A DNA stretch of 64,000 nucleotides from Mobula hypostoma (lineage: Eukaryota), in the NCBI RefSeq assembly GCF_963921235.1, contig NC_086108.1, forward strand, positions 20,336,001 through 20,400,000. The letters are read 5' to 3'. The notes beneath the pieces are model-generated. The model ran no database searches, was not told the DNA's origin, and saw only the letters and a program-made list of their open reading frames with translations. Shown one piece after another: positions 38,951 through 53,380 of the stretch. The position numbers were made by a program, and so were the translations under genes. Position 1 is the stretch's first letter, and each line of letters begins with the position of its first letter.

Positions 38951-41869
38951 TAGACACAGTGAAAAAAACGCTCACAGCAACATAGCAAACAACCAACATG
39001 CAAAAGGCAACAAATGGTCCAAATACAGAAAACAAACTAGGTAATAATAAATAAATATTGAGAACATCAGATAGTGAGTCCATAGGTTGTGGCAACAAAT
39101 CAATGCTGGGCTGTGTGAAGTTATCCCTTTTGGTTGAGGGGTAATAACCACAGGTGTAGTTACATCAAAGTGCATTTGAAGCAGAATTCATTGTTATATG
39201 GTCTACTGCTGAATAAGGGGAGAAGACTCACAAGGTTTTGCTGAGAAGAACTCAAGCAATGTTAACTTTAAGAAAACAGGGAAAGTGAGACTTGGGTTTG
39301 CCAACTTTAAGAAATAGCAGAGGTGAAATAAATTTTCAAGTAATCTTCAAAAAACTATTTTATAATATATCTAATAAACATTGGAAAAAATACAAACCAT
39401 CCTAATAACATAAGTAGTTTCATTACAGACAGCAGTTTTAGTACCTTTTGATTTGGAGTTGACAGGACAAAACTCTGGCACAATACCAATGATACAAACT
39501 GCAGTAATTTCCAGATCAAGTTGTTACACAGTATGCAGTTCCTGGCAGCAGAAGAGAACAAGCATTGACCAATGGTAAGTCCATGAATCACTGAATCCTG
39601 AAAGTAATCCAATGGGAGATGGATAGGATTCTTATTTGTTTTTAATTTTACATTAGTTCCAATCTGTATGCTAAATTGAAAAAGAGATTTCAACAACTAT
39701 GAGAAGCTGCAGATTTAAGTAAACCATGTCGTTCCCTGTCAAAGATTTCATTGTCAGAAAAAACTGAGATTTGATACTCTGTTTACATTTACTTAATCCA
39801 CAAAAGGGCCTGGGTTTAAATGCTCCCAATATTTACTTATGTTCCAATAATAGGTTTATTTGCCCAGGAGAATTTGGGTACGACAACGACAAGAGTGTTG
39901 AAGTCTGAGTGGGAGACATGGGTTTGAATGCCAACCTGACTGGCATCTTGTCTTGGACTTTCCCTCAGGGCAGATTTGGATAGTTTCAGCCCACTTGTCT
40001 GGGAAGGAGGGAAGACTGTCTGTGGGTCACTTCCCACAAGGCTGAAGAGATGACTCTCGCCAAGTTGAACAGAGACCATCATTGACTCCTGCTGTTTGGT
40101 TTAGTGGAGGGGGAGGGAATGGAAAGATATCATCCTAACGTAATGACCAAAAGATTGCATAGGTGCACAAAGCCATCCTGAAATGAGGGGAAGAGAAAAA
40201 TAAAAGTTCAATTCACTAAAAGTGCTCATCAACATAATGTTTCATTTATGAAATGGACTATTCGAAAATAAATAAAAACAGCAAGGTTGTTTAACTGAAT
40301 GTCCAGACTCTCCATGCAACCTTGAACATCATTCATTACCGATGATACAGGATGGGAAAGGTCACTGACTGACAAAGAGCTTGATTGTGGGCTGGCATGA
40401 ATAGCATTACTTTTTTCAACAGGCTCTTTCCATTCGTCCTGTCAGAGCTTCATTGTACAGAGGCAAGACCAAGCTGACCATCTAGTCTAAACTTCCCAAT
40501 CAAATAACGCAACTGTGTAATTCTATGTCAGGACTTAATGACACCTCTGTAGTCTGAAAAATTTCTCAGTATGAAAAAACAAGTGAGGTTAGAATGTAGA
40601 ATAATTTAATACAGATGTTCTAATCAGGAGTATTCCCTGGAAACCCACTGGAATTCTCAACAGGGCTGGCAGACTGTCGTCTGCATAAAATAAAAAAAAC
40701 TAAGGCTGCATCTGTTCTGTCTGGAGTATAACATGTCAGAAAAAAATCAGATTATTATTTAAAATATATATCTGTATATGGGTCTATATTTATGTGTGTA
40801 GTTTACTGAACTGGTGCTTTCCTGATTTAGAACATGGCTGCCTAAAAGTGGAGGGAGATTTCTTATCTCATTTCTCTTTAGCCTCATTCACAAAACAAAA
40901 CTGTACCTTACACATTTTTTTTAAGGAAAATGAGATCTTTAAACTAGGTTGGAAGTTCTGACAAAAATTAAATTCTAATTCAGAGACAGGGTGGAGAGAA
41001 ACTCAGACAAAGTACTTACTTAAATTGAGTCTCAGAAGATAACATCAACAAAGTAGTCAGGCTATCATGGAATTCAACATTGATAAGTTAAACTTAAACT
41101 ATTTAGTGTTGTGATCCAAATAATTAGCTTCTGATATCTGAATTGTTATTAAAAATGCATGACATATAGAAGTATTACTTTAAACTTGTCAAATATATTG
41201 CTGAATTGTTAAGATAGTGTTCCAACAGAGTGTGTTACATTGACTGCATGCAATCACACTTCATAATTTCCTGCTTTTTGACAGATATTTCTAATGGGCC
41301 TGGTGAAAGAATAGGTGGAAAAATATTCAATGATTTTGAGTTTACTCGTTCAGTTATTTGATTAAATATAATACCATTGAGTTTAGGAACTGGAGCCAGC
41401 AACTAAAGTAGAAAACTGAGAAGCTGAACTCAATTAAAAATAAAAACATGATTTTGCTCATCTCATAGAAGGAAAGGAACCTCAAATCCTACATGGAATG
41501 GTATATTTGTTTCTAGATAATCTGCAAATTAATTCGATGATCTCTGAAAAGGCAACTGGGCAGACATCATATTAACTGATGGATAGTAAACCTATTTTCA
41601 TCAGTGTCACGAACATGCCAAGAATAAATATATACTTAAAAAAAATTCTCACTAGAAGATGAAGTGAAGTTAAAAGATGAGTCTTTTGTAAACACCTGGG
41701 GTCAGAAATAACTTAGTTCCAATCCACATCCAAAGAAGTAAAGTTGCCTGTGCTACAATTTACCCATTACATACCACAATCATATGATCTTAATTCAGAC
41801 AGTCCTTGGTCCGACGGCAGTGGATAAAAGACAATTAGAGAACATGGTTCTTGCTGTACAGATTTAACA

Positions 41870-42880
41870 TTTACGACACACATCTGTGTAAACACCTTCT
41901 GCAGCTAATTTTTCTCAAACCCTGCACATCTGCACAGCAAAGATGCATACATCGGGATGCTCTTTATCAATTACAGCTCAGCAATCAATACCATCATTCC
42001 CTCAACGCTAATCAATAAGCTCCTAAACCCAGGCCTCAATACCTCCTTGTGCAGCTGAATCTTTGATTTCCAGTCAGTTTGGATTCAGTAACATCTCCTC
42101 CATGATCTCCATCAGCACACGTGCACCACAAGCCTGTGTACTTAGCCCCCAAACTCTACTCACTTTACACTTATGATTGTGTGGCTAAGCACAGCTCCAA
42201 TGCAATATTCAAGTTTGCTGATGACACTCCTGTCGTAGGCTGAATCAAAGGTGATGATGAATCAGCATACAGGAGGGAGACTGAAAATCTGGCTGAGTGG
42301 TGTCACAACAACATCTTCTTACTCATGTCAGCAAGACCAAGGAACTGCTTATAGACTTCAGGAGAAGAAAATTGAAGGATCAGAGGTGGATTGGGTCAAC
42401 AACTTCAAACTCCTCTGTGTTATTATTTCTGAGGATCTGTCCTGGGCCCAGCCTGTAAGTGCAGTTATGAAGAAAACTTGGCAATGCCTCTATTTTTTTT
42501 TAGGAATTTGCAAAGCTTCAGCATGACATTTAAAACTTTGCCAAACTTCTATAGATGTGTAGTGGGGAGTATATTGGTTGACTGCATCACAGCCTGGTAT
42601 GGAGACACCATTGCACTTGAATGGAAAATACTACAAAATGTAACAGTATGGCCCAGTCCATCATGGGTAAAGCTTCCCCATTTTGAGCACATGTGCATGA
42701 AACACTGTCTCAGGAAAGTAGCATTCATCATCAGGGACCCCCACCACCCCTCTTCTCACCGCTGCAGTCAGGAAGAAGGTACAAGAGCTTCAGGACTCGC
42801 ACCACCAGGTTCAGGAACAGTTATTATCCCTTAACCATCAGGCCCTTGAACCATGGGGGGGTAACTTCATTCAACTTCAG
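41870..42880 (+). mobile_element. Rex1/Babar-like fragment
   Basis: Motifs IFKFADDT, NFYRCVVGSILVDCITAWYG and SGRRYKSFRTRTTRFRNSYYP. Confidence 0.85.
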
Positions 42881-44574
42881 TTGCGGGAACATGGGTCATA
42901 CACAGGCAAATTGGACTAGTTCAGATAGATATGTTGGTCACTGCTGATGAGTTGGACCAAAGCTGACATCTGTGCATGATGTTGGAATTCAATGCCTAAA
43001 AATATTTAAATTTACAACCCAGCAGGGTTTTCAGAATAATTACACAGATAAACAGAATATTTTAAAATAAGACCCTATAAAAAATATTTTTACATTGTTA
43101 CAGGAATTTTTGTTGAGCTCAGAGCTTAAACATAGAGTATTTTACCCAAGTTCTTGCTCCAACAGTGGCAAAGTCCAACAGTTTTGCCACTACTGCTTCA
43201 TAAATACCAGATTGTAGTGTTTATAACCTGACTTTAATGAAAAAATGGAACAGAAAACATTCCACTTTCTTCTAGGAAATGTAAATGAGCATTTTTGTTT
43301 CAAAGCATGATTACTGTCCAAAAATATCTCTATCCCAAAAGAAACTCTTAACATTCCTTCCGATAACCCTTTCAAAATTCTTGTATTGAAAATAAAATTA
43401 GAGTGTAAACTATTACAAAAACTGGACAATAAGTTAATTGGCATAACTTATATACATTTTCAAACATTTATAACTTAGTTAAAATCCTACTTTCTACTTC
43501 TTACTTCTGTGAGGATTATTCTGTATGATTGATTTCTCAGCCTCAACTTCTGCTTGCTGTTGGCCAGAATCCCCTGTAGATGATTGTAAATAGTACCTGT
43601 TGTCAAGGAATCCAAGGCACAGTATCAGCCAGATCTTTGCAAGCAGTTCTTTAAGCCAAGAGAAAGCCTGTTGCTGTTGGATGCAAAGCTTGATCCAGCA
43701 CAGATACAAACCGACATATGAACCTAGAGTGGCAGTCGTGTTTCAATATGATTTAGGTGCAATGCTTTTCTTATTAGAGTGCTTCTGCTCTTCACTTTTC
43801 CTTTTAATACCTTTTAGATTTTCTCCCCCATTTGCAATTCCTGGTCAGAATGGTCCAAGACTAGTCAAGAAAAATTTTATTAATCTCACTCCAATCTCCT
43901 CTTCTTTTTCTCACTCATGAAATGATTTGACATTTCACATTGAAACACAAGAGGTTATCAATATGAGAAGAGAAAGTAGGTATGTTTTAAAAGAAAGTGC
44001 TAAAATGATATAAGTTAAAATATAATGAAAAGAACAATAAAATTAACTTGTATTTTAATGTTTGACCCTGCCACCCAATACTTGCTCTGGTTCATCCTTC
44101 CTTCTTTCCTTAATGGTTCAACCTCATTCATCCTATATCCATTTCCCCTTTCCCCTCGTACAGTCTGTTTTCTTAGCCAATTTCTGAGTTAATCGTTACT
44201 TCACATTAAACTATTTCCAAAAAATCCAACATTTTTATTCTTTACCTTACTCTTTCCTTGTGCATTTCAAATAAAATGAATTAGTTTATTATCTTCATCA
44301 TACCTTAAATCTTATACTATTTGATGTCTTAAACTGAGGATAATTAATGCACAGAATTGAATTTATTGCTATCTCAGATAGTGAACCTCTACAATAAGCT
44401 TTAAAAAAAGCACCTCAATGTTGACCTCTGCGGCTACAGAGGCTTCAGAAGGCACAGATCCTTTGTTCTGCCCTGTCAAAAAGGATATATAGGGTTTCCT
44501 TTCAGTTATTTCACTTTTCATTTCATTAACAACAATGATTCATTCTATCATTTAAATTTTAATTTTTTCTGCAC

Positions 44575-44850
44575 TGAGATACAACACAGAATAGGCCCCT
44601 CTGGCCCTTCAAGCCATGGCGTCCAACAGTCCCTCAATTTAATATGAGCCTAATGACGGGGCAATTTGCAATGATCAATTAATCTACCAACCGGTACGTC
44701 TTTGGACTATGGAAGGAAACTGGAGCACCCAGAGGAAACCAACGTGGTCATGGGGAGAAAGTACAAACTCCTTACAGGCAGTGGAAGAAATTGAACCCTC
44801 ATCACCGGTACTGTAAAGCGTTGTGCCAACCACTATGCTACCCTGCCACC
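44575..44850 (-). mobile_element. V-SINE (HE1-like)
   Basis: Same layout as 18858-19096. Confidence 0.78.
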
Positions 44851-45180
44851 CCAATCTTGCACACAAAGGACAAAGCTCTAGAGAATGGCAAAGCATAGGA
44901 AAGTGCTCACCAGCTGGGAGAAGCTTTCTTTGAGTATGCGAAAGTTATACTACCCATTTTATTCACTTTCTCCAAGACCTTAAGAAGATTAATTTGCTTT
45001 TCCTTCTTCTAGCCAGCAAAGTTTAGAACAGACTTATTTTGGATAACTGACCTATTAGAATGAATACTTTAGAACTCCGGAAGTAATACCCCACCCTGAT
45101 GTAAAGTTTTGACCCAAAACATTAACTTTTCCTTTCACCCCACAGATGCCACTTGACCAACTGAGCTCTCCCAGGAGATT

Positions 45181-45648
45181 CACGCAAACACAAGGAATTC
45201 TGCAGATGCTGGAAATTCAAGCAACAGACATCAAAGTTGCTGGTGAACGCAGCAGGCCAGGCACCATCTCTAGGAAGAGGTACAGTCAACGTTTTGGGCC
45301 GAGACCCGTCGTCAGGACTAACTGAAAGAAGAGCTAGTAAGAGATTTGAAAGTTAGAGGGGGAGGGGGAGATCCAAAATGATAGGAGAAGACAGGAGGGG
45401 GAGGAACGGCGCCAAGAGCTGTATAGGTGATTGGCAAAAGGGATATGAGAGGATCATGGGACAGGAGGCCCAGGGAGAAGGAAAAGGGGGAGGGGGGGAG
45501 AACCCAGAGGATGGACAAGGGGTATAGTAAGAGGGACAGAGGGAGAAAAAGGAGCGTGAGAGAAAGAATGTGTGTATATAAATAAATAACGGATGGGGTA
45601 CGAGGGGGAGGTGGGGCATTAGCGGAAGTCTGAGTAGTCAATGTTCAA
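45181..45648 (-). mobile_element. Penelope 3'/pLTR fragment, 14-bp TSD, inside an older pLTR-like repeat
   Basis: TCTCCCAGGAGATT at 45167-45180 and 45649-45662. Reverse complement of 10985-11268 plus the pLTR end. Confidence 0.88.
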
Positions 45649-45989
45649 TCTCCCAGGAGATTATTTGTACTCTGTAAATATGACTGTTTAGACAGCATCT
45701 GTGGTAAGATAAATAACTTTTAACATTTCACATCAATGTCTTTTAATCAGAATTGGAAAAAAAAATTAAAAAATGATGTGGGAGGTGGGGAGGAAATGGA
45801 AGAATGAATGAAAGGGAAAGCCTGGAATCGGGTGGAAAGCAGAAGAGATTGGATGAAAAAAAATCAATGATTGGATTAAAAGTTAAAGATCAGTCTACAA
45901 AAGGTGTAAACAGGAATAGTATTGTTAACTTAAACTGATTGTTCATTTAGATGCAATTCCAGCCACCAACCATTCACGGCAATTGAAAA

Positions 45990-46780
45990 GTAATTATTAA
46001 ATACAACCTCTGTAAAGCTACCAAGGATGTTAAGAGACAATACCAGTCCAAAATAGAGTCCCGGACCAGATGTACCTACCACAACTGACCTGCTACAAAC
46101 CAAAGTCAGGCAGCATCACCAACAGCAGAACAATTTTTCCTGATGAACGTAACTCATTTTATACACATTTTGCATGGTAGGGGATGGGAAGCCACCAGCC
46201 ACCCTGACAGCCTCCTATGCACCCAAACCCGCAGTCACCATTGCAGATGCAAGATCAGTCTTCCAGAGAGTGAACCTTTGGAAAACTACTGGACCAGGTG
46301 GTGTCTCTGGCTATGTTCTTAAATCTCTATAGATAAGCTGGCAGGGCCATCTGCAGAAACTTTTAACCTCTCCCCAATTCACTCGTGCTTTAAGAAGAAC
46401 ACTATCATCTTGGTACCTAAGAAAAACAAGGTAATGTGTCATAATGACTACCACCTGTGGCACTGACATCCTCCATCATGAAATACTTCACAAGACTCGT
46501 CATGGTATGCATTAACTCCAATCTTGAAGACAACCTTAACTCACTGCAATTCACCTACCACTGAAACAGGTCAACAGCAGACACCATCCCCCTGGCTCTA
46601 CATCAGCATTAGACTATTGTTTATTGACAACAGATTCACCTTCTATAAATCTAAGCACCTTCACCTTCAAGCTCCTAAACCCGGGACTCAACACTGCTTT
46701 TTGTACCTGGATCCTTGACTTTCTGAGCAACAGACCATAATCAGTAAAGCATGGCTACTTTCACTACTGGCACCCCACAA
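45990..46780 (+). mobile_element. Degraded Rex1/Babar-like RT-region fragment
   Basis: K.TGPGGV, IILVPKKNKVMCHNDY and LQFTY motifs. Confidence 0.7.
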
Positions 46781-46894
46781 GAGAGCAAGACAAGACATTC
46801 ACTGTACTTTGATACATGTGAAAATTTACCATGATATCAATTTAGCTGGTTGAGAAACATCCTGAGGATCAGAAAGAGACCATATGAAAGAAGC

Positions 46895-47187
46895 GGACAG
46901 CTAGAGACTTTTTTCCCAGGACAGAAATAGCTGATACAATGGGTACAATTTCAAGGTGATTGGGGGATATCAGAGGAAAGTTTTTTTTCCACACAGAGTG
47001 GTAGGTGCATGGAACACACTATCAGGGGTAGTGATAGAGGCAGATACGTTTGGCACATTTAAGAGAATCTTAGATAGGCATACAGATAAAAGAAAAATGA
47101 AGGGCTAGATAGATGATCTTAGGATAGGTTAAATGGTTGTTACAACATTATGGCCAAAGGGTCTGTATTATGTGTATTGTTCTATGT
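46895..47187 (+). mobile_element. CR1 3' end
   Basis: RVVGAWNTL motif and TTCTATGTT tail. Confidence 0.75.
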
Positions 47188-47365
47188 TAAGAATTTTATT
47201 TCCTTAATTGCCTCTGGCAATATAGATTGGAAGTTAAGAGAGTTTGTGAAGATGTTTTCACTTCTGAAAGCCTTTAATGTAGTACCTTTGATCTGAAGTT
47301 TGTGTGAAACTAACTTCCTTGTTCTTATTCTCATGAAAAGAGCCAATGGCTGAGAATTGTTGTGT

Positions 47366-49697
47366 TTCTGCCCACATCCCCACCCAGGTCCTCTGCCCAC
47401 ATTTGCATCCAGGTCCTCTGCCCACATGCCCACCTGGGTCCTTTGCCCCCATGCCCACCCAGGTCCTTTGCCCACATCCACATCCAGGTCCTCTGCCCAC
47501 ATCCCCACACAGGTCCTCTGCCCACATTTGCATCCACGTCCTCTGCCCACATGCACATCCAGGTTTTCTGCCCACATCCACATCCAGGTTTTCTGCCCAC
47601 ATCCCCACCCAGGTCCTCTGCCCACATCCCCACCCAGGTCCTCTGCCCACATCCACATCCAGGTCCTCTGCCCACATTCGCATCCAGGTCCTCTGCACAC
47701 AGTCGCATCCAGGTCCTCTGCCCACATCCCCATCCAGGTCCTCTGCCCTCATCTTCACCCAGGTCCTCTGCCCACACCCACACCCAGGTCCTCTGCCCAC
47801 AACCCCACCCAGGTCCTCTGCCCACATTCGCATCTGGGTCCTCTGCCCACATTTGCATCCGGGTCCTCTGCCCACATTTGCATCCAGGTCCTCTGCCCAT
47901 AACCCCACCCAGGTCCTCTGCCCACATCACCACCCGGTCTTCTGCCCACATCCCCACCCAGGTTCTCTGCCCACATCCCCACCCAGATTCTCTGCCCACA
48001 TCCCCATCCAGGTCTGCCCACAACCCCACCCAGGTCCTCTGCCCACATTCGCATCTGGGTCCTCTGCCCACATTTGCATCCGGGTCCTCTGCCCACATTT
48101 GCATCCAGGTCCTCTGCCCATAACCCCACCCAGGTCCTCTGCCCACATGCACATCCAGGTTTTCTGCCCACATCCACATCCAGGTTTTCTGCCCACATCC
48201 CCACCCAGGTCCTCTGCCCACATCCCCACCCAGGTCCTCTGCCCACATCCACATCCAGGTCCTCTGCCCACATTCGCATCCAGGTCCTCTGCACACAGTC
48301 GCATCCAGGTCCTCTGCCCACATCCCCATCCAGGTCCTCTGCCCTCATCTTCACCCAGGTCCTCTGCCCACACCCACACCCAGGTCCTCTGCCCACAACC
48401 CCACCCAGGTCCTCTGCCCACATTCGCATCTGGGTCCTCTGCCCACATTTGCATCCGGGTCCTCTGCCCACATTTGCATCCAGGTCCTCTGCCCATAACC
48501 CCACCCAGGTCCTCTGCCCACATGACCACCCGGTCTTCTGCCCACATCCCCACCCAGGTTCTCTGCCCACATCCCCACCCAGGTTCTCTGCCCACATCCC
48601 CATCCAGGTCTGCCCACAACCCCACCCAGGTCCTCTGCCCACATTCGCATCTGGGTCCTCTGCCCACATTTGCATCCGGGTCCTCTGCCCACATTTGCAT
48701 CCAGGTCCTCTGCCCATAACCCCACCCAGGTCCTCTGCCCACATCACCACCCGGTCTTCTGCCCACATCCCCACCCAGGTTCTCTGCCCACATCCCCACC
48801 CAGGTCCTCTGCCCACAACCCCACCCAGGTTCTCTGCCCACATCCCTACCCAGGTCCTCTGCCTACATCCCCATTCAGGACCTCTGCCCACAACCCCACC
48901 CAGGTCCTCTGCCCACATCACCACCCGGTCTTCTGCCCACATCCCCACCCAGGTTCTCTGCCCACATCCCCACCCAGGTCCTCTGCCCACAACCCCACCC
49001 AGGTTCTCTGCCCACATCCCCACCCAGGTCCTCTGCCTACATTTGCATCCAGGTCCTCTGCCCACATGCCCACCCAGGTCCTCTGCCCACATCCCCACCC
49101 AGGTCCTCTGCCCACATCCTCATCCAGGTCCTCTGCCCACATTCACATCCAGGTCCTCTGTCCACATCCCCATCCAGGTCCTCTGCCCACATCCCCATCT
49201 AGGTCCTCTGCCCACAACCCCACCCAGGTTCTCTGCCCACATCCCCACCCAGGTCCTCTGCCCACATTCGCATCCAGGTTCTCTGCCCACATCCCCACCC
49301 AGGTCCTTTGCCCACATCCCCATTCAGGTCCTCTGCCCACATCCACATCCAGGTCCTCTGCCTACATTTGCATCCAGGTCCTCTGCCCACATGCCCACCC
49401 AGGTCCTCTGCCCACATCCCCACCCAGGTCCTCTGCCTACATCCTCATCCAGGTCCTCTGCCCACATTCACATCCAGGTCCTCTGCCCACATTCGCATCC
49501 AGGTCCTCTGCCTACATCCTCATCCAGGTCCTCTGCCCACATTCACATCCAGGTCCTCTGCCCACATTCGCATCCAGGTTCTCTGCCCACATCCACATCC
49601 AGGTCCTCTGCCCACATCCGCATCCAGGTCCTCTGCCCACATCCCCACCCAGGTCCTCTGCCCACATCCCCACCCAGGTCCACTGCCACAACCCCAC
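47366..49697. repeat. 21-bp minisatellite (CCAGGTCCTCTGCCCACATCC core), about 110 units, with higher-order duplication
   Basis: Directly visible tandem array. Variant units recur 596 bp apart (47696/48292 and 48005/48601). Confidence 0.97.
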
Positions 49698-50329
49698 TGG
49701 TCTATCTAAAGAATCCATTTTGTAATGGCCTAGCATTTGATTACTGTGCTTCTTCCTGAATTAGCTTCATCAGTGTGGTAGGAGTAGGTCCTTTACTTCT
49801 ACTGTCATTTCTTGTTCCTTCCTCTCATTGTCAAATAACAAAATGAAATCAACAAGCAAGTTAAACTAAAGAAAAGATAAATAGATTTAAAGCAATTAAC
49901 TTCCCAAATTTTCCAAAGCCAAAGTCTTGTAAAGATGATGGATTTGAACAAATAATTTTGAGTTTTATAACTGTTATGAATAAGCTATATGTATAGAAAA
50001 GAGTTGGCACACCTTTCAGAATTGTGGAATTTTGATGCACTGTAGCGGTGTGCTACACACAGCGCTAGAATAACCACATGGAGTCGGTGAGTTAGAGTTG
50101 CAATGAAAGAGATTTATTCAAACTTCGTGGCCTGCTTTAAAGCCTTCCCGTTCCCGCCCTCCCTGGGGCGGGACTGCTGTGGGGAATGCATATTCCCAGA
50201 CTCTTTCTGCGCGCGGGATTTTCCCCCTGCTGGTGAAGATGGCCTGGCGCCCTTTTTGGGGCCGGCCCTCTGCCTGCGCGCGCTGTTGTGAGCCGGTTCG
50301 TGGGTGCCAGAAAGTGAGTCGCCACATAA

Positions 50330-53300
50330 CCCCCCCGCAGAACCGGCGATACCTCCCCCAATGTCCACAGTCTGGATCGGCCTCTGTTTGGGAGGTCTGC
50401 CCCTGCGCCGCGGTGCCTGAGCCTGGACCGGCTGCGCCAAGTCCACATGGGCCGGTTTGAGTCGGTCCACCGTGAAAACCTCCTCTCTCCCCCGAATGTC
50501 CAGCAGGAACGTGGATCCGTAGTTCCTGATCACCTTAAACGGCCCCTCGTAGGGCCGCTGTAGCGGTGCCCGGTGTCCGCCCCATCGTACAAAAAGAAAC
50601 TTACAGTTCTGCAGGTCTTTGGGTACGCAGGTTGGGCTCTGTCCATGCTGTGAAGTGGGGATGGGGGCCAGGTTACTGAGCCTCTCCCGTAGTCTGTCCA
50701 GGACTGCTGTGGGTTCTTCCTCTTGCCCCCTTGGGGCTGGTATGAACTCTCCTGGGACTACCAGGGGTGCACCGTACACCAACTCAGCCGACGAGGTGTG
50801 CAGATCCTCCTTGGGTGCCGTGCGGATTCCGAGCAGGACCCAGGGAAGCTCGTCCACCCAGTTAGGCCCCTCCAGGCGGGCCACGAGAGCCGATTTCAGG
50901 TGACGGTGGAAGCGCTCCACTAGTCCGTTCGACTGTGGGTGGTAGGCAGTGGTGTGGTGTAGCTGAGATCCTAAAAGGCTGGCCATAGCCGACCACAGGC
51001 TGGAGGTGAACTGGGTGCCCCTGTCGGAGGTAATGTGGGCCGGTACCCCGAAGCGTGCTACCCAGGTTGCGATCGGTGCTCGGGCGCAGGATTCGGAGGT
51101 GGTGTCGCTGAGCGGGACTGCCTCTGGCCATCTGGTGAAGCGGTCTATCATAGTTAGGAGGTACCGCGCTCCTCGTGACACTGGCAGGGGCCCCACGATA
51201 TCCACATGGATGTGGTTGAACCTCCAGCAGGTGGGTTCGAACTGCTGCATCGGAGACTTGGTGTGCCGCTGCACCTTGGCTGCATGCACGTTTTGGCCCA
51301 TTCACTGACCTGCTTACGAAGTCCATGCCACACGAACCTGTTGGCGACCAGCCGGACGGTTGTCCTGATGGAGGGGTGCGCTAAGTTGTGAATGGACTTG
51401 AAAACCCGCCGGCGCCAGGCTGCTGGGACGACGGGGCGGGGTTGGCCGGTAGCTACGTCACATAGTAGGGTCCTGTCACCTGGGCCTACGGGGAGGTCAT
51501 GGAGCTGCAAACCGGAGACTGCAGTCCTGTAACTGGGGATCTCAGCGTCTGGCTGCTATGCCTCTGCCAGCACTGCATAGTCCACCCCCTGGGACAGGGC
51601 CAGTATGGTAGGTCTGGGAAGTGCGTCCGTCACGACGTTGTCCTTTCCAGAGACATGCCGGATGTCCGTCGTGTACTCGGAGATGTAGGACAGATGTCGC
51701 TGCTGGCGGGACGACCAGGGGTCGGACACCTTCATGAACGCAAAGGTAAGCGCTTTGTGGTCTGTGAACGCGGTGAAGGGCCTACCTTCTTAGAAGTACC
51801 TGAAATGCCGGATTGCCAGGTATAGTGCCAATAACTCCCGGTCGAAAGCACTGTATTTGAGTTCAGGTGGTCATAGGTGTTTGCTGAAGAACGCCAGGGG
51901 TTGCCAGCGGCCCTTGATGAGTTGTTCCAGCACTCCACCGACCGCTGTGTTGGATGCGTCCACCGTGAGGGCAGTAGGAACGTCCTTTCTGGGGTGCACT
52001 AGCACCGCGGCGTTTGCCAAGGCTTCTTTGGTTTTAACGAAAGCGGCTGCGGCCTCTTCGTCCCAGGTAATGTCCTTGCCCTTAAACGACATTAGAGTGA
52101 ACAGGGGTCGCATGGTTCGGGCTGCTGAGGGGAGGAAATGGTGGTAGAAATTCACCATACCCACAAATTCCTGCAGGCCTTTGATTGTGTTGGGTCGGGG
52201 GAAGTTGCGGACCGCGTCTACCTTGGCGGGCAGCGGGTTTGCCCCGTCTTTAGTAATCCTGTGGCCCAGGAAGTCGATGGTGTCGAGTCCGAACTGGCAT
52301 TTGGCTGGGTTGATTGTAAGGCCGAATTCGCTCAGGCGGGAGTAGAGCTGGCGGAGGTGGGACAGATGCTCCTGCCGACTACTGCTGGCTATGAGGATGT
52401 CGTCCAAATAGATGAATGCAAAGTCCAGGTCGCGTCCCACCATGTCCATTAGCCGCTGGAAAGTCTGTGCGGCATTCTTTAGACCAAACGGCATTCGGAG
52501 GAATTCGAAAAGTCCGAACGGGGTGATAAGTGCTGTTTTGGGGATGTCGTCCGGATGTACAGGGATTTGATGGTATCCCCGGACGAGGTCTACCTTGGAA
52601 AAGATCCTTGCGCCATGTACGTTTGCTGCGAAGTCTTGCATGTGCGGCACAGGGTAGCGGTCTGGCGTTGTAGCCTTGTTCAGTCTGCGGTAGTCACCGC
52701 ATGGTCTCCAGCCCCCCATTGCATTGGACACCATGTGAAGGGGGGAGGCCCATGGGCTGTCGGACCGTCGTATGATCCCCAATTCCTCCATCTTCTTGAA
52801 CTCCTCCTTCGCCAGTCGGAGCTTGTCCGGGGGAAGCCTTCGAGCACGGGTGTGGAGGGGTGGTCCCTGGGTCGGGATGTGGTGCTGTACTCCGTGTCTG
52901 GGCATGGCTGCCGTGAACTGCGGTGTCAGTACTGATGGGAAATCTGCCAGGACCCTGGTGAATTTGTCGTCGGACACGTGATGGAGTCCAGGTGTGGGGC
53001 TGGCAACTGTGCTTCACCCAGGGAGAACGTTTGAAAAGTCTTGGCGTGAACTAATCGCTTCCCTTGCAGGTCAACCAGTAGGCTGTATGCTCGTAGAAAA
53101 CCCGCCCCCAGGAGTGGTTGGGCCATGGTGGCCAGTGTGAAGTCCCACGTGAACCGGCTGGAGCTGAACTGTAGCCGCACCGTGCGGGTGCCGTAGGTCC
53201 GTATTGTGCTGCCATTTGCGGCCCTCAGGGTGGGTCCCGGTTCTCTGTTGCGGGTGTCGTAACTCGTTGGAGGTAAGACGCTGATCTCCGCTCCGGTGTC

Positions 53301-53380
53301 GACCAAAAAGCGGCGTCCCGACTGCTTGTCCCAGACGTACAGGAGGCTGTCCTGATGGCCAGCCACCGGAGCCATCAGCG
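50330..53380 (-). pseudogene. CsRn1-type pol (PR-RT-RNaseH-IN), frameshifted
   Basis: ORF-track pieces 52926-53468, 51871-52977, 51154-51510 and 50114-51301 carry DTG, SPWASP, YLDD, HVDIVGPLP, TSDRG and PYEGPF. Confidence 0.93.

Noticed and set aside
39880..40085. Possible ancient SINE or conserved element with a B-box-like GGTTTGAATGCC
   Set aside because: Too weak to assign without an alignment.
47366..49697. CRISPR-like array
   Set aside because: Units are head-to-tail with no unique spacers, there are no cas genes, and the context is eukaryotic.
47182..49759. Long ORFs (up to 561 aa) rich in P/H/C or W/G
   Set aside because: They are translations of a stop-free 21-bp tandem repeat that is open in many frames on both strands.
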